DNA of 64,000 bases, from contig CP170459.1 of NCBI GenBank assembly GCA_047947115.1, positions 2,080,001 to 2,144,000 of the forward strand, written 5' to 3'. The notes beneath the pieces were generated by a model. The model saw only the letters and a list, made by a program, of their open reading frames with translations. It did not search any database and was not told the DNA's origin. Positions 53,058 to 62,664 of this stretch are shown here, piece by piece. The stretch is from Verrucomicrobiota bacterium (GTDB lineage Bacteria > Verrucomicrobiota > Verrucomicrobiia > Limisphaerales > AAA164-E04). The stretch's first letter is position 1, and each line of letters opens with the position of its first letter. A program made the translations under genes and the position numbers.

Positions 53058-53342
53058 GAAGTGGTCGAAACCCAATTTTAGATTAATGCGTGCGAAGTCA
53101 TGCTGGAGGTGGAATGACTTTTGTGATTCCGACCCCGTTGAGAGACTCGGTTGGCTGCTGTAAGAATCCGTTCGTGCTACTAGCTTTTTGTGGTTTGTCC
53201 TTTGGGGCCGGGCGTGATGGGGGGCTGGTATCCCTTGGGAAGGTGTTTGGGATTTGAATGGCATAAGGGTTACGCGCCGGGGCGCCACATTCTACCTTTT
53301 GGCCCGCTTGACGAACTTTGATGGTCAGCGTTGAATGGGGGT

Positions 53343-56300
53343 ATGTCAGCCATTGGTCGATTCCTTTTGTGGATGTTTTTTTTGGTGTGTACTGGTTTGG
53401 TCGCCCAATCTGCGGAGCCCGTTTTTCGAGCGGGAGCTGCTCGTGTGGATATTGGTCCCGAGGGATTTCCTGTAAGGGTGAACGCCATGTTCACAGAGCG
53501 TTCTGCTGATCGTGTTGAAGATCCACTTTTTGCCAAAGCCCTGGCGTTGGATGACGGACGTGAGCGGATTGTGGTGTGCGTGGTGGATACCTGCATGATC
53601 CCACGTAATTTGATCGATCAAGCCAAGCTGCTGACGCACAGAGCGACAGGATTGCCATTGGATCGCATGTTGGTTTCCGCAACGCATACGCATTCGGCTC
53701 CTTCGGCCATGGGATGTCTGGGGAGTCGGGTGGATCCGCGTTACGCCACCACCCTTCCACCCAAAATTGCTCGAGCCATGATCCATGCAATCGAGCGGCT
53801 TCAACCGGCTCGGGTTGGCTGGGGGCAGGTGGATGATTGGGAGCATACCTTCAACCGACGCTGGGTGCGACGGCCGGATCGCGTGTTTGCGGATCCGTTC
53901 GGAGTTCCCAATGTCAGGGCGCACATGCATCCAGGTCACGAAAGCCCGGATGCCGTGGGGCCAAGCGGGCCGGTGGATCCGGAGCTGTCCGTACTTGCCG
54001 TGCAGACAATCGATGGACGCCCGCTCGCGCTTCTGGCTAATTATTCCATGCACTATTATGGATCTCCTTTGTTATCTTCTGATTATTATGGACGATTTGC
54101 GGGTTACATGGGGGCCATGCTTGATGCGGATGATGAGTTTGTAGCGATCATGTCGCAGGGGACCAGCGGGGATTTGATGTGGATGGATTACGGCGCTCCT
54201 CGTAAGGATACTGGTTATGACACATATGCTAAAGAAATCGCCGAAAAAGTGACCACCCTTGTGAATAACCTTGAATGGCAGGATGCCGCGCCATTGGGGA
54301 TGGCGCAACGTATCCTGGCTTTATCCTATCGTGTGCCGAGTCCAGAACGACTGGCCTGGTCCAAAGAAAAAGTAGCTGAATTGGAAGGGCGCCTGCCTCA
54401 GTCGCAATCTGAGATTTATGCATTGGAATCAGTTTACCTCCACGAAAAACAACATACAGAACTTGTCCTTCAGGCGCTTCGTATTGGCGATCTGGGCATC
54501 ACGGCGCTTCCCAATGAAGTGTATGCCTTGACTGGTTTAAAGTTGAAGGAGCAAAGCCCGTTTGCATCGACCTTCAATATCGAACTTGCCAACGGAGCTG
54601 AGGGATACATTCCGCCTCCGGAACAGCATGCTCTCGGAGGTTATACCACTTGGGCGGCACGCACGGCCGGGTTGGAAGTGGAGGCTGAACCGAAGATCGT
54701 GGAGGCATTGCTTTCTTTACTGGAGGAAGTGTCGGGCAAAACCAGGCGAACTGTAGGTGCGGATGCCGGTCCTTATTCGGAAACGGTTCTCGAAAGTCAC
54801 CCGGAAGCCTACTGGCGATTGGAAGAAATGAACATGCCGGTTGCGCGCGATGTGACGGGGCAACATGACGGCGCGTTTGAAGACGGTGTGGCGTTGCATC
54901 TTCCCGGTGCCGATGAGCGCAGGGGATTTCAGCCACCTGAACCGCCCACCAAGAATGCTTTTTCCGGAAATGCGATCAATCGCGCAGTTCATTTTGCGGG
55001 AGGGCGAATGCGTTCTGATGTACTTCTGGACGATGCGTACAGTGTGGAGTTCTGGTTGTGGAATGGGTTGCCAGCCGATGCGCGTGCCGTGACGGGCTAT
55101 GCTTACTCACGTGGAGCGGATGGGGACGGCGTGGCGCGTGGTGAACATCTTGGCATCGGTGGAACTCATATGCCTCACTTGGCTGGACGGTTGTTTCTGT
55201 TCAATGGAAACGAACGGAATCAGATCCTGGGTGGGCAGACCACACTTGCGTTGCGGGCGTGGCATCATGTCGTGTTTGTGCGTGAAGGGGAACGGGTGCG
55301 GGTGCATCTGGACGGGAAACAGGAGCCTGAAATCGAAGGCATTTTTAAACATACGATCCCGCAAGGCGAGAATGCTTTGTTCATGGGAGGGCGCAACGAC
55401 GGATTGTTCAACTTTGAAGGCAAGCTGGATGAAATCTCTGTTTACACGCGAGCGCTAACCGCATTGGAAATTGAAACACATTACAAGTTTTCCGATTTGA
55501 CGCCTCCCGATAAGATAACCGCTACGGGGCCTTTGGAACCTGCTCTGTCGCCGGAGGAGGCTTTGAAGAAGATTCACGTGCGTGATGGTTACCAGGTGGA
55601 ATTGATTGTAAGCGAACCTTTGACCGTGGATCCGGTGGCGATCGATTGGGATGCCTCGGGGCGCTTATGGGTGGTGGAGATGTCGGATTATCCTTTGGGG
55701 ATGGACGGGCAGGGGAAACCTGGCGGTCGTGTTCGTGTGATTGAAGATAGTGATGGTGATGGAAGCTATGATCGACAAACCTTGTTTGCGGACGGGTTGA
55801 CGTATCCGACCGGATTATTGGTCTGGCGTGATGGGGTGATGGTGACGGCGGCACCCAATGTCTTGTTTCTGAGGGACACCGACAAGGATGGTCGTGCGGA
55901 TGATCAAGAAGTGTTGATCAGCGGATTAAGCACGGGGAATCAGCAACTACGAGCCAACGGACTGCGATGGGGGATCGATGGGTGGGTTTATTGTGCGGCG
56001 GGAGGACATCATGGCAATTTTGCCAACGGCACTCGTTTACGTACCCGTCTGGGAGAAGTTCAGGTCGGTTCGCGTGATTTTCGGTTTCGTCCTGACACGG
56101 GTGAATTGGAACCTTTGAGCGGACCTTCCCAAAACGGTCGCAATCGGGATGACTGGGGGCATTGGTTCGGGACGCAGAACATGAGGCCTCTGTGGCATTA
56201 CGTGCTGCCGGATCGATATCTCAGGAGGCAACCGCATGTTGCATCGCCGAGTCCCATTCAGTTGGTGGTGACACCGCTGGGACCGAAAGTGTATCCGGCA

Positions 56301-58385
56301 AGTTCTCCGGAAAAACGCTTTCACAGTTTTAATGAAGCCGGTCGTTTTACATCCGCATGCGGAGGGATGATCTATCGTGATTCCTTGTTGTTCCCGAAGA
56401 CAGGCAATCAAATGCATGCGTTTACTTGTGAGCCTTTTCATAATCTGGTTCAGCATAATATGGTAGTGGATCAGGGAGTGTCCTTTGCTGCACATCGTGA
56501 TGGGGGTGATGGTGTGCATGATTTCTTCGCCAGCGAAGATCGCTGGTGTCGTCCCGTGATGACACGGACCGGACCGGACGGTGCACTGTGGGTGGTGGAT
56601 ATGTATCGCTATATGATTGAGCATCCGGACTGGTTGCCGGCTGCCGGTCGTGACGAGTTACTGCCGAATTATCGGATCGGAGACGATCTCGGGCGTATCT
56701 ATAGGGTGGTTCGAAAGGATTCTGGCATAGAGCCCCAAACAAAGCTCGATCAACTGTCGATTGCCGAACTGGTCGAAGAACTCAAGTCCGGCAATGGCTG
56801 GCGACGTGATCGCGCCCATATGATGCTCAGTTGGCAAAAGGATCAGGCGGTTGTGGGGCATGTGAGAAAGCTTGCCGAGGCGACTGCAAATCCGGTTGCA
56901 AAGGTGCATGCATTATGGCTTTTAAATGATTCAGGTGGATTGACCCCTGATCATATTCGAACCGCCTTGAAACATTCGCATCCTCGAGTGCGGGAGAATG
57001 CGCTTCGACTTGCCGAATCAAGCAAAGAAACCTCGGTGGTGCGAGTTGCCGCGGAGTTGGTGAATGATCCGGATGACAAAGTCCGTTTGCAGTTGGCTTT
57101 TTCGCTGGGTGAATGGGATCAACCGATGGCAGGTGACGCACTGGGAAAATTGGCGGTGGCATCGGCTGATGACGCGTTTATGAAGGCGGCTGTGTTGAGT
57201 TCAGCTACACCCCACTTGAGAGCATTGGCCGGTGCGGTGATTCAATCGGATTCAACAGTTCAAGGTGCGTTGATGGAATCCTTGATCGAACTTGCGTTCG
57301 CATTGAATGAACGGGATGTGTTGGCTGAATTGTTGGAACCCATGATGGGTAAATCCGATGAATCCTTCACCTTGGAAACTTATGAATCCGCGACGGCATT
57401 CTTTCAATTGGTCAAAAGACGTGGTTCGAAATGGGGGGATTTGGCCAACCTGGACGATGCCCTGGGCAAGTTGTTGACCCATGTGTTTTCGAACAATGCG
57501 GATTCAATTGTTAACTCCGCGCTCAAAACGGTCAAACAAGATTCGGCAAGCGTGGGATTACGTGCCGCTGCTATTCGATGCGTCGGGGAAATGGCAGAGG
57601 GTCGTTCCGAGGTGGTGGACGTGTTGGTCGATTTGTTGACACCGCAACAGCCGATTTCGATTCAGGAAGCTTCGCTGGAAGGGTTGACTTCTGTGGACGA
57701 GTCTTTTGTGGCAGCAAAGGTTTTGGATCGTTGGGCGAGTTTCTCGCCATCAACCCGTGCTAAAGCGATGCAACTTCTCTTATCCCGCGAGTCATGGACC
57801 ATTGTTTTACTCGAGCGGTTAGTCAAAGGTCAGGACATTCCTCTGGATGCCTTGCAACGTGAACGTTTGATGAGGCATGGATCAATACGCGTACGTGAAT
57901 TGGCGTCTCAAATGCTCGCTACTCCTTCAGATCGGGCTCAAGTGATCGAGCAATTTCGACCGGCTCTGCGTTTGGGTGGAGATGCCGACCGTGGGCGGTC
58001 GGTTTACGAACGGGCCTGTGCCCTTTGTCATCGAAAGGGTAATCAGGGTAAAGAAGTCGGACCGGATTTGAATTCCGTGGTTCGGCATTCACCTGAAAAA
58101 CTGCTGGCCAACATACTGGATCCGAGCGCGGACATTCAACCCGGTTACCACGCATACCAATGTGAGTTGACGAATCATGCTGAAATGTATGGAGTGATCA
58201 CTTCGGAAACCGGGAACAGTCTCACGATGAAACTTGCGGACGGAACGGAACACGTCATTTTGCGTCGTGATATTCGGGAACTGCGCGGAGGGAATCTATC
58301 CTTGATGCCTGAAGGCTTGGAACGGGGTTTGACGCAACAAGACATGGCGGATTTGATCCAATGGTTGAGGACAGAGGTGGATTGA
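53343..58385 (+). CDS. Fusion: neutral/alkaline ceramidase-like + LamG + PVC-type membrane-bound dehydrogenase propeller + HEAT repeats + cytochrome c
   Basis: SATHTHSAP, NYSMHY and ELANGAEGYIP (ceramidase-like); AYWRLEE...FEGKLDEISVY (LamG); LSPEEALKKIHV...DPVAIDWD...GPDGALWVVDMYR; C-terminal CALCH...GPDL...SLMPEGLE. Confidence 0.88.
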   Translation: MSAIGRFLLWMFFLVCTGLVAQSAEPVFRAGAARVDIGPEGFPVRVNAMFTERSADRVEDPLFAKALALDDGRERIVVCVVDTCMIPRNLIDQAKLLTHRATGLPLDRMLVSATHTHSAPSAMGCLGSRVDPRYATTLPPKIARAMIHAIERLQPARVGWGQVDDWEHTFNRRWVRRPDRVFADPFGVPNVRAHMHPGHESPDAVGPSGPVDPELSVLAVQTIDGRPLALLANYSMHYYGSPLLSSDYYGRFAGYMGAMLDADDEFVAIMSQGTSGDLMWMDYGAPRKDTGYDTYAKEIAEKVTTLVNNLEWQDAAPLGMAQRILALSYRVPSPERLAWSKEKVAELEGRLPQSQSEIYALESVYLHEKQHTELVLQALRIGDLGITALPNEVYALTGLKLKEQSPFASTFNIELANGAEGYIPPPEQHALGGYTTWAARTAGLEVEAEPKIVEALLSLLEEVSGKTRRTVGADAGPYSETVLESHPEAYWRLEEMNMPVARDVTGQHDGAFEDGVALHLPGADERRGFQPPEPPTKNAFSGNAINRAVHFAGGRMRSDVLLDDAYSVEFWLWNGLPADARAVTGYAYSRGADGDGVARGEHLGIGGTHMPHLAGRLFLFNGNERNQILGGQTTLALRAWHHVVFVREGERVRVHLDGKQEPEIEGIFKHTIPQGENALFMGGRNDGLFNFEGKLDEISVYTRALTALEIETHYKFSDLTPPDKITATGPLEPALSPEEALKKIHVRDGYQVELIVSEPLTVDPVAIDWDASGRLWVVEMSDYPLGMDGQGKPGGRVRVIEDSDGDGSYDRQTLFADGLTYPTGLLVWRDGVMVTAAPNVLFLRDTDKDGRADDQEVLISGLSTGNQQLRANGLRWGIDGWVYCAAGGHHGNFANGTRLRTRLGEVQVGSRDFRFRPDTGELEPLSGPSQNGRNRDDWGHWFGTQNMRPLWHYVLPDRYLRRQPHVASPSPIQLVVTPLGPKVYPASSPEKRFHSFNEAGRFTSACGGMIYRDSLLFPKTGNQMHAFTCEPFHNLVQHNMVVDQGVSFAAHRDGGDGVHDFFASEDRWCRPVMTRTGPDGALWVVDMYRYMIEHPDWLPAAGRDELLPNYRIGDDLGRIYRVVRKDSGIEPQTKLDQLSIAELVEELKSGNGWRRDRAHMMLSWQKDQAVVGHVRKLAEATANPVAKVHALWLLNDSGGLTPDHIRTALKHSHPRVRENALRLAESSKETSVVRVAAELVNDPDDKVRLQLAFSLGEWDQPMAGDALGKLAVASADDAFMKAAVLSSATPHLRALAGAVIQSDSTVQGALMESLIELAFALNERDVLAELLEPMMGKSDESFTLETYESATAFFQLVKRRGSKWGDLANLDDALGKLLTHVFSNNADSIVNSALKTVKQDSASVGLRAAAIRCVGEMAEGRSEVVDVLVDLLTPQQPISIQEASLEGLTSVDESFVAAKVLDRWASFSPSTRAKAMQLLLSRESWTIVLLERLVKGQDIPLDALQRERLMRHGSIRVRELASQMLATPSDRAQVIEQFRPALRLGGDADRGRSVYERACALCHRKGNQGKEVGPDLNSVVRHSPEKLLANILDPSADIQPGYHAYQCELTNHAEMYGVITSETGNSLTMKLADGTEHVILRRDIRELRGGNLSLMPEGLERGLTQQDMADLIQWLRTEVD

Positions 58386-58612
58386 GATTTGTTGAATCCG
58401 TCCTCCCTTGCTGGGGGCTCTGATGCGGTGGATGAGGGACCATTGAACACTGCGCAGTCAATGGTGAAATTGATCGCTGTCTTCGGCGAAATCAATCCGG
58501 AGTGTCGGTTGGAATGAGTCAGTTTGATCAGCCGATGCAGTCGCCCTTTCCCAGCCTGGAGGCAGATCTTTTGTCATGTTCCGGCTGCAGCACGGCTGCC
58601 ACATATAAGAAG

Positions 58613-58640
58613 GCCGCGAAGAGTCAGGACCCTTCGCGGC
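58613..58640 (-). terminator. Probable terminator of the cyclophilin gene
   Basis: GCCGCGAAG...CTTCGCGGC stem about 24 nt after the stop, followed by CTTCTTATAT on the minus strand. Confidence 0.55.
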
Positions 58641-58663
58641 TTATTCATGATTACAGTCTGAAA

Positions 58664-59551
58664 TTACTTTTTTTCGACCCGGATGGATTCGATGGTGACC
58701 GGGGTGCTGGGTTTGCCGGCGGGGTCGGTTTCGAGGTTGCTGATCTTGTCGGCGATGTCCATGCCTTCAATGACTTTCCCGAACACGGTGTGCTTTCCGG
58801 TCAGGTGAGGGGTATCGACGACATTGATGAAGAACTGTGAACCGTTGGTGTTGGGACCGGAATTGGCCATGGCAATGACGCCGCGATCTGGTTTTTTGGC
58901 CGGAAGTTTTTCGTCGAATACGTAGCCAAGGTTGGCATACACATCGAGCACTGACAATGCGTTAACGGTGTTTTGAATCTCTTCGAGTTTCTCCTGGAAC
59001 TGTTCCTGGCTGCTGATGCCTAATGTTTGAAGGACGGGTCCCAGAACGGTTCGCTGAAAGCTTGCCTGATCGCGGATCAACAGCCAGGGGTGGGGCGCTC
59101 CGCCTTCTCCCATGGCTTTCAGATCAGCCAGTCCGAGTCCTTTTGCATTGATTTCGTCCTTGAATTTGTAGCCTGGATCTCCTGTGCCGGTGCCGAGGGG
59201 GCAACCTCCCTGGATCATGAAATCCTTGATCACTCGATGAAAAGTCAATCCGTCGTAAAAGGGTTTTTTGACATCTTCTCCCGTTTTGGCATCCTTGAAG
59301 GTTTTGTTTCCTTCGGCCAGATCGATGAAATTTTTGACGGTGTCAGGCGCGGCATCGGGCCAGAGTTCGATGCGTATGTTGCCTTGAGACGTTTTCATCA
59401 AGACCACCGGGTTGGGGCTGGTTTCGGTAGCTGCCGTCCCGGCAGGTGCTTCTTCTTCAGCTGCTTGAAGCGATTCTGTGCCGGTTAGGGCGATGGTTGC
59501 AACCGCTGCCACCGCAACGATTCCTTTCCGTAAATTAGGTATCATATTCAT
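58664..59551 (-). CDS. Cyclophilin-type peptidyl-prolyl cis-trans isomerase, exported
   Basis: FYDGLTFHRVIKDFMIQGG, AMANSGPNTNGSQFFI, HTVFGKV; N-terminal signal peptide. Confidence 0.93.
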   Translation of the reverse strand: MNMIPNLRKGIVAVAAVATIALTGTESLQAAEEEAPAGTAATETSPNPVVLMKTSQGNIRIELWPDAAPDTVKNFIDLAEGNKTFKDAKTGEDVKKPFYDGLTFHRVIKDFMIQGGCPLGTGTGDPGYKFKDEINAKGLGLADLKAMGEGGAPHPWLLIRDQASFQRTVLGPVLQTLGISSQEQFQEKLEEIQNTVNALSVLDVYANLGYVFDEKLPAKKPDRGVIAMANSGPNTNGSQFFINVVDTPHLTGKHTVFGKVIEGMDIADKISNLETDPAGKPSTPVTIESIRVEKK

Positions 59552-59582
59552 GTCAAATTCGACGACCTTACGCGATTCCTAT

Positions 59583-60359
59583 TCAATTGGAAGCTTTCTT
59601 GAAAAAAAGAACGTGCTGCCTTGGAAGTCCTTCGAAAGTGCGAACCCATTCAAATCCCTGGTGCTCCGCTTCTTTTTGCACTTGGGCTTTGGACATTTTA
59701 TGGAGCAGCTTGATCGGGACACGTGGATCTTCCAAACGATATTCCACCCAGACAACCTGTCCGTTGGGTTTGAGTGCTTTTCGAATCGCAGTCATCATTT
59801 CGTGGGGATAGGAAAACTCGTGATAAACATCAACCATGAGCACCATGTCCAGCGAGGCTTCCGGAAGGTTGGGGGTTTGTTCCTGTCCCAGGATCATTTC
59901 CACGTTTTTGATGCCTTCCTCTTCCAGGTTGTTTTTCAGGATGGTCAGCATTTCGGGTTGGATGTCCACAGCCATCACCTTGCCGTCCTTGCCAACTTGC
60001 TTTGCCAGACGGCGCGTGAAGTATCCGCTGCCCGCGCCAATGTCCGCAACGGTTTGTCCGGGACGGATGCCCAGTGACTCGATCAATAAGTCGGGGCGTT
60101 CTTCGTGTTGACGTTCCGGACGTTCCAGCCAGTCGGCCCCGAGGTGTCCCATGACGTGTGAGATTTCGCGGCCTTGATAGGCTTTTCCGATGCCGTCACG
60201 GGAAGGGCGGGGGAGTTTGGTATATTGGGAGTTGGCAGGTTCGGAGGCTTCTTGCGCGCGGAGGCTTGGACCCCATGACAACAGGCAGATGGCAGCAACT
60301 AAAAGATGAAGATATGAGCTGTTTTCAAGGTGACCACGATGAAGGATTGATATTTTCAT
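59583..60359 (-). CDS. Class I SAM-dependent methyltransferase with signal peptide
   Basis: ATG at 60359; GREISHVMGHLGADWLER, VADIGAGSGYF, VDVYHEF. Confidence 0.87.
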   Translation of the reverse strand: MKISILHRGHLENSSYLHLLVAAICLLSWGPSLRAQEASEPANSQYTKLPRPSRDGIGKAYQGREISHVMGHLGADWLERPERQHEERPDLLIESLGIRPGQTVADIGAGSGYFTRRLAKQVGKDGKVMAVDIQPEMLTILKNNLEEEGIKNVEMILGQEQTPNLPEASLDMVLMVDVYHEFSYPHEMMTAIRKALKPNGQVVWVEYRLEDPRVPIKLLHKMSKAQVQKEAEHQGFEWVRTFEGLPRQHVLFFKKASN

Positions 60360-60718
60360 GAATGAAAGCGTGTGTTGAGTGTTGCATGAAATTGAACACA
60401 CTTGTTACGGAAGGCAAGCTTCAATCTAAAGGGCGAGGGCTGCTGCAGGTAGATTCCCGACATGATCGGGATCCCGGTCCGCCCTTGTGGCATTCTTATT
60501 TAAAATTGTCTTACGAGGGAAACCCTGATGTGTCGGAGCGCCTGTTCACTGTGCTTACGTTCCTTTGGGATTTGGGGCGTTGAAAATCGTAGGCTTCCCC
60601 AAACGGAAGTTTGTTTTGGACTGGGCAGCCACAAGAGACGCGCCAGGGACGGCACGATCTACCATGGAGGGCTGCTGTTAGATCGAATCTCTGAGATTCG
60701 TCCGGACATGTCTTGGTT

Positions 60719-61768
60719 TTATTTTTTTGTGCCGGTCAGGATACCGCAGTGGATCAGGGTGTCGCAGGGGCCAGTCACTTCCAGTCCGCAGGCTTCCATC
60801 CAGGAACGATATTCTCCTGCCGAGTAGGCACGGCCTTCGGTGAGGGTGAACAGGGCGGCCGAATAAAAGGCAATGGAGGCCGGGCCGTCGAGTGCGTCGT
60901 TTAGGAAGACGTCATGGACAATCAGGCGTCCGGCAGGTTCAAGCAGCCCGCTGTAGCAACGCATGAGGTTTTGGCATTCAGCCACGTCCCAGTCATGGAA
61001 GATATTGGAAAAGAGAAACGCATCAACTTTGGTATCCGGTTTCCACTCGAACATGTCGCCTTCCACCAGGTGCAATCGGTCTCTATGAGGGCTGGCGGCT
61101 GCCATTTCGCGCGCGATGTTCAGGACTTCAGGGAGGTCGACGAGGGTGACTTCCAGGTGCGGATTCTTTTCCAGCAGGGCGAGAGCATAGATTCCGGTGC
61201 CGCCGGCGACGTCGACCAGGTGGAAGACATTTTTCAGGTCCAGTTTTTCCGCCAGAGCCGGCGCGACATTACGTGCGCGACCTGCCAGGGAGAGGGTGAA
61301 GTGACGGGCAAGGGCTGTCTGTTCCATGGCGGATTTGACACCCGCACGATAAATGAAGGCGGCGCCTTGATGGTCGATATCTGCCGGCTGGTTGGTTTTG
61401 AGACGTTCCACCAAGTCCAGCACTTCCGGTGAATCTGCAGCCAGACCGAGGTAGTCTCCCACGTAAAAAGTTTTTTTTGAGTCGAGATGTTCGAGTGCCA
61501 TTTCAGTGGCCTGAAATCTTCCTTCGGAATCGCGCTGGACCATGTTCATGGCCTGGAGGGCGGTGAATAACACGACAAAGGGACGTGATTCCAACTGGAG
61601 GTGTTGCTTAAGGTCCTTTTCCGAAAACGGGCCTTGGGCCAATTGTTCGAATACTCCGAAATGCGCCACCGCTGCGGTGAGCAGGTTGGAACCGTAACGC
61701 CAGCGAAACGCCTCAAAGATCGGGGTTGGATCGGTGATTGGTGATGGTTGGTTCGTGTTATTGCTCAT
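60719..61768 (-). CDS. O-methyltransferase (ASMT/CrtF-like, dimerisation + catalytic domains)
   Basis: VDVAGGTG, VDLPEV, GDMF and SNIFHDW motifs. Confidence 0.88.
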   Translation of the reverse strand: MSNNTNQPSPITDPTPIFEAFRWRYGSNLLTAAVAHFGVFEQLAQGPFSEKDLKQHLQLESRPFVVLFTALQAMNMVQRDSEGRFQATEMALEHLDSKKTFYVGDYLGLAADSPEVLDLVERLKTNQPADIDHQGAAFIYRAGVKSAMEQTALARHFTLSLAGRARNVAPALAEKLDLKNVFHLVDVAGGTGIYALALLEKNPHLEVTLVDLPEVLNIAREMAAASPHRDRLHLVEGDMFEWKPDTKVDAFLFSNIFHDWDVAECQNLMRCYSGLLEPAGRLIVHDVFLNDALDGPASIAFYSAALFTLTEGRAYSAGEYRSWMEACGLEVTGPCDTLIHCGILTGTKK

Positions 61769-61867
61769 TGGGATTGGAGTCTAATCAAGGTGGTGATCCT
61801 TGGGTAGTTTTTTGGGGTTAAATAATGTTGTCAGACTTTCGGCATTCATGAATGGTCTCCAGTGCTT

Positions 61868-62551
61868 ATGGCAACGCAGACTATCAAGGGTATTATTTTT
61901 GATCTGGACGGAACATTGATCGATTCGCTGGCGGACATTGCGACGGCGGCGAACAGTGTGTTGGAGAAATTTGGTTTTCAACCGCATCCGGTCGAGGCAT
62001 ACAAGACGTTTGTGGGTGACGGTGTGAATGTCCTGATGGAGCGTATAGTGCCGGGGCAAGAGATCACGGATGAGTTTCGCATGAAATTCCTGATGGCATG
62101 GAAGGATGCCTATGCTGTTCAATGGAAGATTCAAACCCGACCCTATGATGGCATTCCTGAAGTGGTCGCCGGTTTGAAGGAGGGCGGGTTTAAAATAGGT
62201 GTGCTCTCGAACAAACCCCAGGAATTTACTCAGGCATGTGTGGCTGAATTTTTCCAGTCTGGCGATATGGATCCGGTTTGGGGGCTTTGTGACGATCGTC
62301 CCAAGAAACCCGACCCCAAAGGGGCTTTGGCAATGGCTGCCTCTTGGAAGATGAAGCCTGAGGAAATACTCTACATTGGGGATACCAATACTGATATGCA
62401 GACCGCGGTCAATGCCGGGATGTGGCCTTTGGGGGTGTCCTGGGGATTTCGTCCACGTACTGAGCTTGAGTCCTGCGGAGCGAAAGCGGTGGTCGATCAT
62501 CCTTCGGAAATTCTGTCGCTTTTGGGGAGGCTTTCAAAACAGCAGAGTTGA
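61868..62551 (+). CDS. HAD-family hydrolase (phosphoglycolate phosphatase-like)
   Basis: FDLDGTLIDS, LSNK, KPDP and YIGDTNTDM motifs. Confidence 0.9.
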   Translation: MATQTIKGIIFDLDGTLIDSLADIATAANSVLEKFGFQPHPVEAYKTFVGDGVNVLMERIVPGQEITDEFRMKFLMAWKDAYAVQWKIQTRPYDGIPEVVAGLKEGGFKIGVLSNKPQEFTQACVAEFFQSGDMDPVWGLCDDRPKKPDPKGALAMAASWKMKPEEILYIGDTNTDMQTAVNAGMWPLGVSWGFRPRTELESCGAKAVVDHPSEILSLLGRLSKQQS

Positions 62552-62664
62552 CAATGGAGTGTGATCTTGATTTGAATCGCGCACATTTCCGGTAATTGAA
62601 TTGATTAGGGAAAGCCATACTTTCAATCAAAACCTTGAAGCGAGCATGAAAAATGCTTAGGTAA

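Noticed and set aside
58390..58600. Multi-hairpin intergenic region containing GGGGGCTCTG, like the 5' end of E. coli SRP RNA
   Set aside because: The SRP core motif (CAGG...GGAA...GCAG) is absent on both strands; no tRNA or riboswitch consensus recognised. An Rfam scan would be decisive.
60420..60715. Structured-looking intergenic region (AAGGGCG...CGCCCTT enclosing CCCGA...TCGGG) between two methyltransferase genes
   Set aside because: No SAM, cobalamin or other riboswitch consensus recognised, single copy in the window, and the overlapping small ORFs lack motifs.
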